NCBI RefSeq assembly: GCF_009914755.1
Contig: NC_060935.1
Length of the DNA stretch: 64,000 bases
From: the human T2T-CHM13v2.0 reference genome, Homo sapiens
Reading direction: 5' to 3' (one strand)
Shown here: positions 41,475 to 54,470 of the stretch, in pieces
How positions within the stretch are numbered: the stretch's first letter is position 1
Layout: each line of letters begins with the position of its first letter
Program-made: the position numbers and the translations under genes
Notes under the pieces: model-generated
Seen by the model: only the letters and a program-made list of their open reading frames with translations
Told to the model about the DNA's origin: nothing
Databases searched by the model: none

Positions 41475-43861
41475 GAACGGAGAGATTTTTACTTCAAAAC
41501 TCACTTTCTAAACCATAGACTACTTTTCAGTTTAAAAAACCTCTACATGTTTATGCAATTTATAAATCCCCAAATGTGGCAATAATGAAATTAGTGTAAT
41601 TATCTACAACACTGTACCAAAGGCTTATAAAAAGAGAAGTGGAATCTTTCCTCAATGTGCATATATTTTAGCTTAGGAGAGGAAACACGCAGAGTTGTAA
41701 GATGCAGTTTGAAGAAAAAGAGGACAAGGGTGGACTTTGGAATTTGTTCAAAGGATGCTGATATCTCAAACCATAAAAACTTAAAAGAAGAAAGGACTCC
41801 AGAAGGGAATCTCAAAGTCAAATGGCTCCAGAGACCAAGCAAGAAGCAGTGATGAATGAAACAAGCAGGAGGGTGAATAACACAATCGGAAGTGGTAAAG
41901 TTCACAACATCTACCTACAACCTGCTTGTTATCTTCAACTTCAGCCATGCAGGTCCCCTCGACCATGTGCAGCAAGAGATTTAGATTTTTATATGAATGT
42001 GTTTGATTTTGAAACGCTAACAAGTAGTCCATTTTATAAACACAAAAAAAGCACATCAAAACCAACCAAATTAATTTTATAAACTTGATAAAAAACAAAA
42101 AAAAACCCATGTCTTGTGGGGTTCATAGGGACCTCTAACTGCCATAACAAACTGGTACCTGGAGAAGCACTCCAGAATGCCCACAGGGACTCATAGGGAG
42201 CACTTCCGATACAGTTGCTGGGCTAAGCAGGTTATCCAAGCTTTTCTCTCTCCCAAGTATCCAATTTCCTCTTCATCACAAGAACTTTAACAGGACCAGG
42301 AGATGGGAATCAGCATATGTTCTTTCACATAAACCTCACAGCAACCCAGCAAGTTAGGTATTATTATGCCTTCAGGCATTCATGAAACTAGAGAAAAAAT
42401 GTAAAACAACTGTGCAAGAGAATACAAAAATAACTACATACCGGTGTACAAGGAAATACTCAGAGAAGAAATAATCAGTATATAATGAGGTTAATCACTT
42501 CTCCACAATGGTGAGCTTAGAGGAAAGCCTTTGAAGAAAGTGACTGGAATTAGTAAAATTAGGGCTTGCCTCAGGTTACAAATCTGAAGAAGAATAAAGC
42601 ATTTTGACAACTAGAATTAATCTGAATATATGTTAATATCAAGTATTTTAATTCTTAGCAAAATACTTTGTTATGCAGACTCTTCCCAAAATATTTATGT
42701 ATTTTGAATAAACTTGTTTCTTACCCAAGAGGGTGATAAATGCTCATTTTAGAGAACTGTGCACCTTGAATAGTTAACTTTCTGATTTGGATGTGAGGTG
42801 CATTTGATTATTTTTGTTTCATCACTGTCTCCACAGACAGGCAGGGGCTTTTCATGAAGATAAGACAGAAATCTACTTTTCTTAAACAATTGAAGTGACC
42901 AGACCTTTTTCTTTCAGAAAATAGACACCATTTATTTTTATTTGCTCCTTTAAATCTGAGTTTCCATGCAGGTGAGTTACAACTTAATCCTCCCCATCTC
43001 ATAAACCAGAAATGTGTATGATACAGATTGAGCATTATTGTCTCTGAGAAAATGAACCCGAGAGAGATCAGCATACAATGTGTCAATTCCCCAGGCATTC
43101 AGCAGAAAATGAATATGTATTGACCAATGACTGGAATAATAGCCTTGTTGACAATGTCAGTGGAGGTGTTCAATATCCAAGCAGGGGTGAGGTGGGGGGG
43201 ATGGGTGGAGAAACACAGGAGGGAAACAAAGAGCAGTGTCTCTCCACTTTCTTCACTTTCCACCGGTTCTTTCAACACATAGAGAGGCATTTTCTAGAAG
43301 ACTCTTGTATTATTTTGAAAAGTAGACCTTTGTAGTTCTGTTTTTCTGAAAAGTTCAGGGCACAGTTCAAAGAACTTAAAATATGAATATTTTAACAATG
43401 CAGAAGTGGGGACAAAGCAAAAGAAGTTAGAGAGAAACTACAAATTGCTAGATGAATGGGGTGGAAGAAAAGCCCTTTTTTTTTGCTAACCAATTCTAAA
43501 CAAAAAGCCTTGAAAAGTTATCCTTGTTCATGAGATGATGTTGATTAGGTCTTAGGAAGTTAGGCCAATTTTTTGCAGATAATTGCTTTATGCAACAGTC
43601 TATTGTACCAAATTACCTTTTTCCTTCTTTGTTGATTGTTGATATTTAGATGAATTAATGAGACAAAATGGGCTCCTATTTAGGCTATATGTATAGGGTG
43701 ATGTGAATTCCATGACACTGTACATTTCCATCTATCACAAATGTATTCATGGTATGAAAAGAACCTTATCTATGAACCCTACACATAAAAAGATAGTACA
43801 GTCCTAGGTATAAGCTTTTGGTGAAGAATTAAAATTAGAGCAAATGCCCTATACATAGCAC

Positions 43862-43897
43862 ATGAGATTAATACAGAACTATGAGATTAATACAGAA
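43862..43897. repeat. Short tandem duplication ATGAGATTAATACAGAA x2 (period 19)
   Basis: Exact 17-bp copies at 43862-43878 and 43881-43897. Confidence 0.9.
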
Positions 43898-45389
43898 AGT
43901 AAAATTGGAAGTCATCTATAATATCACAGCCAGACACCAGATGAATATAATCTCTGGGATACACTGTAGCAGATTTTTATGCAATGTATCGTGATTCTGG
44001 TTTTTTACCACACACACACACCTCTGCACACTTACATACATAAAACCTCAGTTAAAAGAAAAGTTGGTTGTGTGGCACTGGAAATGCTGGTCTGCCATTT
44101 CAGATAGCATTCATAAAGAAGTGAGATAGATAAAAATAAAATAAAATTGAGTGTCTGACTAAATTCATCACATTGGAAACAATGATTTTTGAAAAGAGAG
44201 AATGGTAAAATAGTTGATAGCCATATATAATGATTAGAATTCCATTTGTACAATTTGGCAATAACAGACATTGAGTTTTTAAAGGCAGCCATCCTTTAGC
44301 TAAAGATGATTGAGTGAAATGTGTATCTTGTCAATTGTGGAATAAATCTGAATGAAGCAAAGTACATGTGTGTAGGGTGAGGGCCGGGCTCTGCAGGGGG
44401 TAGGTAATCTGCAGACTTTCTTTATATTTCTTTTCTCGTCTACCTTTAAGGATATACAATCTGTGAGGTTGTTACCAGCTAAATACATTTATGAAGTTAC
44501 TACAATGACTTAGGAGAGAGGTGAGCCAGATAAACAAGACACTCTTGTCAAGAGAGATTATTGAAAAGAGTTATTTTGAGCCACATAGCAAGAGGCACAG
44601 CAAAAGAGCCAACTATTGAATCACAATGTGTCTGCGGCATGGAAGGAGGAATAAATTCATCTTAAAAAATTATCCAGGTAAAGGAAGAGGAGGGAAAATA
44701 AAAGGTGAGTTGGAATGACACAACGACATAGTCTATTCTCCACCAGGGAGTGAGCAGTTGACATTGCCAAAAGCCGCATTGTGTCCAGACACACTCTGCT
44801 ATTACTTTTCTGCTATCAATGCCAACATTGCAATTCCACACACTTTATGCTGCATCCTGATTTGCCCTGCGGGGTGTAAACTGCTGATATCTAGTCTTAT
44901 TGAGACCGTGAAAAACAAAACAATTGCATTTGCTACCTGGGAGATGAAAGGCAATGCATACTAGCTCTGTTACCTTCTGAAGCTCTTTTCTGCCACGTAC
45001 TGATGTAGCTGGAAGTAATTGAACTGGAATCACAATGTAAAATAAACCTCCTGCAATCTTTAATACCAATAGGTCTTTATCAAAGGAAATAAAAACAAGA
45101 ATGTGGTAAACAGAACATCAGGGAAATTTGCTTTACCCATTAGGTCTGGAACCACTGAGGAGAAATGAACAGTCTTCCATCCAGAATTGGGACAGCATTG
45201 GAGAAAATAAATAGTGAATAGAAATCGAGGCTGCTTTCTTTCCTGGCTATTTCGTTTTTACCCTCTGTGGAAATCATCTGGCACATTTTCATCACTTTCT
45301 TTTATTGAGTTTTATAAAATAAATGATTTGAGAGCAGCAATCAATTACAGTCCACCAATGAGTATAATTCAGAGAAACAGAATTCCTGT

Positions 45390-45668
45390 TTGCTGGAGGT
45401 AATAGCAGCTAAATGCTGTTTTTGTATTTATACACTCATAATGTATTTCCCTGGAAGTGCCAGAGAGTTGTGGTGGTGCTGCTTTTCTTTTTATTGACTC
45501 CCATGGCTATACAGAGACATTACAGAACTCAAGTTCCAAGTGCCACAAGGCAACAAAGTGTCTTAGGCTAATGTGGACAGTCTGTTTTAAGGAGAAAACA
45601 TACTCCCAGCAGCCAATAAAACACAGGCAATGTCGCACCTATACATTGCAGCACAGAAAAATTGTCTC
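45390..45668 (+). repeat. 279-bp segment duplicated at 47349-47627 (donor copy)
   Basis: Ungapped direct alignment at offset 1959 with about 9 mismatches by eye. The ORF track shows twin peptides MPESCG...HRKIVS. Confidence 0.95.
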
Positions 45669-46374
45669 ATAAGCATCACACTGCACAAATTGATATAGGT
45701 TGGCTTGTTTCTAGGAATAAGATGGGTGAAGTTCATCCACATAACTCTGCTCATATCTCAATCTTCCTTATTTTCTTTTATCATCATCGTAGCCCCCTTC
45801 TCTTCCTTCCGGTCTTCCATTTTTTCCAGCCGTTTGTTTCTTTTTTTTTCTATATTTATTTCCTGACTTTATATTCAGCTCTTCTGTTCCTGTCATTTTT
45901 TGCCTTAAGTATCTATTGTGCAGATATTGTGTACTAACTACAGAGTATACAATAAAACATTACACGTTTTCTCCCCATTTGAATAACTGATGGACCAACT
46001 CTAATGCAGTACAATAAAGAGGCTTGTACAAAATGCTAAGTGAACAGTGTGGAGGAAATAATCCATTATGCTTGTGGTGATCAGGAAGATCCTGGTGAGG
46101 CACCATGAAGGGAGGAAATTTTGTATATGTTGGCTCTGTGTATTTTATAATCCAATAAGTATACTCGGACTAGTTTGATCACTTACTTTCACTTTTTTAC
46201 CCATCCCTCTGACATATTTGTGTATTTTTATTTGTGTATTATCTTTCTTTGCCAGAACATCAGTTTCAGAAAGGCAGAGACCTCATCTCCTTTGATTGCT
46301 AATATGTCACTAGCACTAGTTTGTGAATTCTGGGGTAGGGGAAAGAAAAATGGCCTGAGTGAAAAAGGAACAGC

Positions 46375-46876
46375 TCTATTTTCATTTTCTATTGCTAATG
46401 TAACAAATTACCAAAACATAGTAAGTTAACACAACACAAAGTTATTATCTTACAGTTCTGGAGGTCAGAAGTCTGAACTGGGTCTCAAGGGGGCTAAAGT
46501 CACGATGGCAGCACCAGCTGTTTTCCTGTTTGGCGTCTGTAGGGGAGAATCAATTTCCTTGCCTCTTCTAGCACCTAGAGGCTGCCTGTATTCCTTCCCA
46601 CATAGCTCCCTTCCATCTTCAAAGCCAGCAATTGCATCACTCTGACCCCATCATTACATCTCCTTCTCTGCCCCTCCTGCTTCATTCTTTTACTTACGAG
46701 GAGACAATGACCTCACTGGGCTCATCTGGATAATCCAGAATAATCTCCCCTTCTCAATATTCTTAATTTAATCACATCTTCATAGTCTTTTTTTCCATGA
46801 AAGATAATATATTCACAGGTTTCAGAGATTGGGAAGTAGACATCTCTAGGGGTGAGATATTATTTTCCCTACCACA
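46375..46876 (-). mobile_element. MLT1C/MLT1D MaLR solo LTR
   Basis: GTAACAAATTACCA...TTATCTTACAGTTCTGGAGGTCAGAAGTCTGAA...CCCTACCACA. Confidence 0.85.
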
Positions 46877-46925
46877 ATGCCACCATATATATGTACATGT
46901 AGTATATATATATGTGGTGTGTGTG

Positions 46926-46956
<31 letters not shown>

Positions 46957-47643
46957 ATATATGAGTGTGTATATATATATATGAGTGTGTGTATATATAT
47001 ATATATATATATACTCATTCACCATTTTAAATTAGTGCCTATGCAACAAGCAATCTAAGAAATAGAACAAAATTCTATCATTTGCTACAGGCACATGAAG
47101 TATTATATGTATATGAATTAGCCAACAACTTCAAGACATCTCTGGGGGTGAGGTATTATCTTCCCTACCACAATGCCACATATATATATATATATATGGT
47201 ATATATATATGTGGTATATATATGAGTATATATATATGGTGTATATATATGTGGTATATATATGAGTGTATGTATATGGTATATATATATGAGTATACAC
47301 ACCATATATATATATATATGCTGGAGGTTATATATATACATATATATATTGCTGAAGGTAATAGCAGCTAAATGCTGTTTTTGTATTTATACACTCATAA
47401 TGTATTTCCCTGGAAGTGCCAGAGAGTTGTGGTAGTGGTATTTTTCTTTTTATTGACTCCCATGGCTATACAGAAACATTACAGAACTCAAGTTCCAAGT
47501 GCCACAAGGCAACAAAGTGTCTTAGGCTAATGGGGACAGTCTGTTTTAAGGAGAAAACATACCCCCAGCAGCCAATAAAACACAGGCAATGTTGCACCTA
47601 TACATTGCAGCACAGAAAAATTGTCTCTGTGCATATATATACA

Positions 47644-47685
<42 letters not shown>

Positions 47686-47823
47686 GAGTATATATATATA
47701 CTCATTCACCATTTTAAATTAGTGCCTTTGCAACAAGCAGTCTAAGAAATAGAACAAAATTCTACCCTTTGCTACAGGCACATGGAGTATTATATGTATA
47801 TGAATTAGCCAACAACTTCAAGA
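46838..47823 (+). repeat. Tandem duplication: unit 46838-47136 and expanded unit 47134-47823, each with TA-rich tracts
   Basis: 46-bp block 46838-46883 matches 47134-47179. 123-bp block 47014-47136 matches 47701-47823. AGA is shared at the junction. Confidence 0.92.
47349..47627 (+). repeat. 279-bp inserted copy of 45390-45668 within a (TA)n tract
   Basis: About 97% identical to the donor and flanked by TA repeats on both sides. Confidence 0.95.
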
Positions 47824-48695
47824 ACAAATGTATTCCCCAAACTGAGAAAAATCTGGAAAGACACGATGATTCATTAACTTCTTATTGACTCTTGTGGCCT
47901 CATGGTCTCAATATTAGAATATTGAAAGAAGCACTAAGTATGGTGTCAAGAAGTTTCTGTTTTAGCTCCTTTTCATTAATCCGACATTTGGGAAATAGGC
48001 TGAAATCTCTCAGCCTCAAGTTCTCAACTATAAAATGAAGAAAATAGTACTTGTTCCATACTGCATATATACATTTTTGTTCATGGGGTCCTTCGTTCCT
48101 TTATTCAATGAAGATATGTGTGTCAGATGCTTTGAAAGCACTGAGATGAGTAAAACATCTGAAAAAGTGTGACTGGCAGGTTCACCGAAAGCCTCATGAA
48201 AGAATGACCTTGAACTGGATCTTAGGGAGTAATGGGAGACTCAAAGCGCAAGGAGGCTGAAAGGACAGTGGCTATTTTAAGGATCCAAAAAAAATTATGT
48301 AGATGCTAGTGCCTTTCACACTAAAAGCACTTTTTGGATATACATTATTTTCTTTTTATGAAAGGAATAACATTTTAATCAAAAATTTTGAGAATACTAA
48401 AAGAAGCAAGACAGGAAAAATCAGAGGAAATCTGAACACTTTGAGATGTCTGTTAATGATGCTACATATGGATCTGATTCCCTGATTCCTAAATCTATTT
48501 TACAACCTATGGATCATACCTGCATAACTTTCTTTAAATAATTTAGAGTTAGCTTACTCCCTTTAAGTATTGGTTAAGAACACAGTTTTAACAATGACAT
48601 AATAATCTGTCATATGGATATGCAATTAAATTTACCATTCTGCTATTTTTGACCTTAGTTTGTTCAACTTCTCCTGCTGTTATTTTACAAAAATT

Positions 48696-48992
<297 letters not shown>

Positions 48993-49549
48993 TTACATTT
49001 AATACTCCTGAACAGAGATCTTTACCCATATGTGGTTATAATCATAATAAAGTACTTAATAATATCAAAACAAATGAACATTTAAAAATTGCTTTTTCAT
49101 ATGGTTATGCAGTACAGTTCAAGGAAATGACCCCTTTGCCTTACTTTCTTGTCATTTATTGTTATTTTAAAAGCTTTTCTCTTTTGAAAGTTACAAAATG
49201 TTATCTCATTAATAGAATTTACATTTCTTATATTGACACTGAGGTTGAGGTTTCTTCATACGCTTATTACTAACTTTTAATTCTTCTCTATACTAGCAAT
49301 CATTGTATTTTGGAGAATAATCCAATTCTGGTCAAGACAGAGTCAATAAGAGCATTTTTTTTTTCCTTTTTTTCTTCCCCTTGTTAAATCCTAATCAGTC
49401 TTGCCTCACCTATTGTCCTTCCTCTGCTTTATCTTCAAATGGAAAATGGAAAAACGGAGAAGAGAAAAAGAAGAGAATGGGAAAGTTCCTGGAAAGAAGG
49501 AAGGGGAAGAAAATTAAAAAGTCAAAAGGAAATTGGGTTAAACAAATAC

Positions 49550-49909
49550 TTTATTAGTCCATTTTCTTGCTGCTGATAAAGACATACCCAAGACTGGGCA
49601 ATGTATGAAGAAAAAGAGGTTTAATAAACTCATAGTTCCACGTGGCTGGGGAGGCCTCATAATCATGGTGGAAGATGAAAGGCACATCTTACATTGAGGC
49701 AGACGAGAGAAATGAGAATCAAGTGAAAGGGGAAACCCTTTATAAAACCGTCAGGTCTCTTGAGACGTATTCACTACCAGGAGAACAGCATGGGGGAAAC
49801 CGCCCCTATGACTCAATTTTCTCCCACTGGACCCTCCCAGAACACATGGGAATCATGGGAGCTACAATTCAAGATGAGACTTGGGTGGGAACACAGCCAA
49901 ACCATATCC
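49550..49909 (-). mobile_element. THE1 (THE1C-like) solo LTR
   Basis: TATTAGTCCATTTTC...ACACAGCCAAACCATATC. Flanks AATAC/AACAC form a TSD with 1 mismatch. Confidence 0.9.
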
Positions 49910-51577
49910 AACACAAAAGGCAGGTTTTCATGGATGAGTTTCCTACTATTCACCCTTTCCTCATCCCCTGTCCCACCACACACATACATAACTCTGCAGA
50001 CGATACAACTGAAGCCTTGGTATTCCTGCTATACCTAAATCCGTTCATTACAATCATCTAAATTTTGAAAAGTTTTGAAAGATTTTCAGGAGAATCTTAC
50101 ATTAAAAATTATAAGGAATATGTAGCGAATTTTCTTTATTCTCTTGATAGTCATAGACCTATTACAAAATTTATTTGAAATGAATTAGTAATGAAACATC
50201 TCAGATTACGTCTGGTACACGCCAAATGGCTAAACAGAGATTGATTCAGCTCAGCACAAAAAATCCCTTCATTAATAGGTGTAGAAAGCCTACTATTTTT
50301 TAAAAATCATTTATATTGAAGGCTAACCCAGTTTATCATGTCTAACATGTTTATTATGAGAATGAGGAAACAACTAAGAGAGGAGCTATGATCTGTCCAA
50401 AATCACATATATGCCATCCCATTTTGGTGCATTTTTCCCAATGCCATGTTGACTCGACTTTAGATGAAGAGAAATTTGATGGAATCTCTACAAGTGTATT
50501 CATTTAATGACAGCAGTAAAACATTTAATTAATTTGTTTATTAAAAAAGTAACAGCAACTATGTGCTAGGTGCTGGTGACACAACAAAGAAATACACACA
50601 CACACATATAATTTCTATTTACATACACGTTTCCCTAAGGAATATTGATGGAGTTAATATTACTTGCATGATTGACAGTCTAGTAAGGAGCTCTAATATT
50701 TTAGTCTGTAGGATATTCACAACACACACATCACTCTTATAAAGATATCTTATTTCGGTGACTAAAACTAAAATTAGAGTCTTCAATTAAATATACACAA
50801 AGACATAGAATTCTTAATAACTTAGTTTAGAAGTCTTTTTTAATTTTAAATTACACAGCTTCTTAGTAGAGGAGAAAAAATGTGTTATAATGCTTTAAAA
50901 TTCAGAATATATCCAGTCTTTCCTATTGGGTGCCCTCTATGTCATCCTTTCAGCAAACATTCCCGGGTGAAGTTAAGGGGAGGGGGACTTTTGAATGTTT
51001 CAATTTCTGGGAAATGATTGAACGTCTTAGATGACTGAAGATAACTTAGCTAAAATGTACAGCTGTGTCTAACGCCAAACAGATTAATCCTCAAGGAATC
51101 CCTCGAGCCATCTACTTTCCTGTCATGTTATTTTGTTTAAACGTGAGACAGTCTTTGGATATTTCATGGTTGGGAAAATATCAATTACAGAAACACACGC
51201 AGGTTTTTATTGTATTTTTTCATTTATTGTAATATTCATTTACCTCTGTCTAAGCATTTTGGTGTATAAAATAAGAATGCTTAAAAAGGTAAAATCTTAG
51301 CACCCTATGGCATAAATTATAGAAATATCACAATCACAATGTATTTCTGTTAATACTAATAGGTTAAATTTATATATCAATCTAAAGTTTGCAATGTAAT
51401 TTCACATTCTTATCTCAAGTGATTATCACAGGAACTCTAACTGGGGGACATTTGTCCTACTTTAGGAGGAATGGAATGTGGTGCAGGGAGACTCTGTTAC
51501 TTGCCCAAGATTAAAAAGCTAACAAAGGACAAAGTTAGCTAAATGATTGTCTTGAAAATCTGCTTCAAGTGCACTTT

Positions 51578-51620
51578 CTGGATTCAGGGTCCAGAGTGCT
51601 CACCATTACACCATGGAACC
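51578..51620 (-). pseudogene. 3'-truncated tRNA-Gln(CTG) retropseudogene (first 43 nt)
   Basis: Minus strand reads GGTTCCATGGTGTAATGGTGAGCACTCTGGACCCTGAATCCAG, matching the 5' acceptor strand, D arm and anticodon arm of tRNA-Gln-CTG. Flanked by CAA(G/A)TGCACTTTC direct repeats. Confidence 0.9.
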
Positions 51621-53984
51621 TCATACAAATGCACTTTCCACTAAAACAAATATCTCTGTATTGGATCCATTTTAACAAAAATCTTTGACACCTAATTTAA
51701 CAATCATTTACCCAAAGTATGATTTCTGTATTTTAGAAAAAGCCACAGAAAATAAAATAAAATAAGTACTATTTTTGTTTATTCATCCCTTTATGCATAT
51801 GCATATATCCATGCCAAACTCAAATTATTGACTTCGCTCTTTCCAACTCACTCCCCTCAAAGAAACTGGAGAGTACATATTTTCGTTTTTCCCTTGAAGG
51901 GGTGACCACTTTGTTTTTATGCATTACATTATGAATCTTTCACTATATGATCAAGAAAATATACATCATATGGCTTCACCTCCCATAAAAGTGTCTAATT
52001 AAGATTAAACTTGTCCCTGTGGTAAATGTAAAAGATTTAATTATAATCAAAAAGATCTCAATTGAACAGCTTCTGTTTCAAGGAGTCACTCTCCCAGTGC
52101 TAAGAAGCTCATTAAATTCAATTTGCAGTAATGCACTGCTGTCATGTTTCCTTTCCGAACCACAGTATTATATTAAAGTTCTTTGATTATTTCCCTGTAG
52201 GGCAGCATTAATATGACACACCATGTAAAAGAAATGCTCAAAAGAGATTCAAAGATGCACTACCTTCTTTTTATTTTCTCAATAGATACTAATGTTTAAC
52301 AATATGAAAAATATGTAATAAAGCGTATTTGCAGCACATCCAGTGAAGGTGGAAAAAAAATAAAAAACAATTTATATTTTTATTTGTCCTGGAAGTCTGA
52401 AAAGTCCGTACTTATGTGATGGCAAACGTGTGGGCATTTCCATGTCATGTAAATGATATATTTGGGGATGGGTTTCATATTTATCATAGGAATATGTTTT
52501 CATATATATATTTTATATATGTATACATATATACATGAAATATATATATATATAAAACATAAAGATTTTATTATTCTTTTCAAGAAAGTTTATTCTCCTG
52601 GAAATGTGAAATTAGTGTAACCAACATGAAAAATCCTTCAAGCTAAAATTATCCAGTATTACAAAGCCTGCATAATAGAGTCACCCTATTTAATGATTTG
52701 TTATTTAGATGAGTGAAACAGAAATTTAAAAAATCATTTTACTTTCCAATAAGAAAAATGTTTCTAGTTTATCTCTTCTGGAAAATGTGCTACATGGTTT
52801 GAATTTGTGAGGTAACTATTCTACAATTAGAAATAGTGAATTTCTTAAAGGATGTTAGACAAGATAACTGTATAATAGTCACATTTGAAATAATTAGTAA
52901 ATATAATACACCCAAATATTTTAAAAAAATTTATTCCATTTCAATAGTCATACATAAAATTATTAAGTGATACCATATCTGTTTTACAAAACAGACGTTA
53001 CTATTATTAAAAGGTTTCACAAAAGGGAGAATATTATGCATTTGGGAGTTTTGAAAGCTGTTGATGGTCACACAAGTATATATATATAATTTGTATTTTT
53101 ACTGTTTATCAAGCAAGAGTATCAAAGAAAAATGTAGTATAATGTAAAATATGGTTGCTTTTATCCAACACCATAGCAACAGGGCACTCTAATTAGCTTC
53201 CAGAAGATCAATTAATTTGACTAAATAATCAGTCTAGAGATTTTATGAAAAAAGTCTCTCTTACCAAACTTTTAAACCTTTGCCTAACTTCTGATTTAAG
53301 TTTGCCACCTCTCTCCTTTGCTTCTTTCCCTGCTTTCATCTTTCCATTTTCTCTTTCCTTCTTTTATTCCTTTCTCATTAAAATTGCTACCATTTGCTTT
53401 TAATTATACAAATTACATAAAAAATATCCTTTCCATTAAGATTAGAACAAGTCAAGATTATGACAACATTGATGAGAGGTCACTAACAAGATGGCGTCCA
53501 TGTTTCCCTGTCCTCATGAGCACAATTTTGTCTTGGCCAAGCTGATTTCTGCTCTTTTCTGATTACATGGTTTTCTTCAATTACCATACACAGTCTCACA
53601 TCTTCAAACAATATCACCACCAAGACTACCCATCAACCTGCATCTCCATCTTTGAGCTACTTTCTAAATTTGCCTCTGCATCTGTAACTGCCTACTGAGC
53701 ATTTCCACTTTGACGTCCTCCATATGGAAGTTGCTTAACATTGAATTCAATATCTTTGGACCCCACTCCTTCATCCCCCTGTGTGAAAAGGATTTAAAAG
53801 TCTGTATTTTAAAATGTCATAAGATTATGTGATTTGTGCCTTAGGAAATTACTGGCCACAGAATCAATATCAAAAGCTAGGATTCCATAGCCATAGTTTC
53901 AGAGAACATATTAGCTTTAAAATAAGAATAAAGTTAAGAAATACAGAAATTAGAAATATTAATAGAATAATAATATTTTTTAAT

Positions 53985-54186
53985 AGGGGGCAATTTTATA
54001 CCTCAGGGGGCATTAGGCAGTGTCTGGAGATATTTTTGGTTGTTGTATAAGGGGAAGGCGCTATTAGTACCTAGTGGGTAAGAGGCCAGGGATGATGCCA
54101 AATATCCTACAATGCCCAAGACAGGCCCTCACAAAAAAATGATGATCAGGTCCAAAATGTAATAACACAACAATTGTAAAACCCTC
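53985..54186. mobile_element. MER20 hAT-Charlie element
   Basis: GGCAGTGTCTGGAGATATTTTTGGTTGT...CTAGTGGGTAAGAGGCCAGGGATGATGCCAAATATCCTACAATGC. Confidence 0.85.
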
Positions 54187-54288
54187 ATCTAACTTTTATG
54201 GCAAAGTCTAAATTCAAAGAAATGGTCAAGTAGCCATGAAATTTTTCCATCTACATAAAAAAGAAAATGTAACTTGTGTTCAGAACTT

Positions 54289-54470
54289 ACATTGGCAAAA
54301 CCACGTCTCTACAAAAATATAAAAAATATAAAAAATTAGCTGAATGTGGTAATGGGTGCCTGTAGTTCCAGCTACTCAGGAGGTGGAGTGGGGAGGATCA
54401 CTTGAGCCCTGGAGGTTGATGGCAGCACTGAACTCCAGCCTAGGTGACAGAGTGAGACCCTATCTCAAAA
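54289..54470 (+). mobile_element. 5'-truncated AluJ (linker plus right arm)
   Basis: GGGAGGATCACTTGAGCCCTGGAGGTTGA...GAGTGAGACCCTATCTCAAAA. Confidence 0.85.

Noticed and set aside
41600-42110. Purine-rich stretch with overlapping 65-109 aa ORFs and a downstream A-rich run, a possible processed pseudogene or exon
   Set aside because: I recognise no protein similarity, TSD or clear splice-site pair, so it cannot be supported without a search.
45457-47745. Twin ORFs MPESCG...HRKIVS suggesting a duplicated small gene
   Set aside because: Both begin at GTG, have no domain or splice support, and simply reflect the 279-bp DNA duplication.
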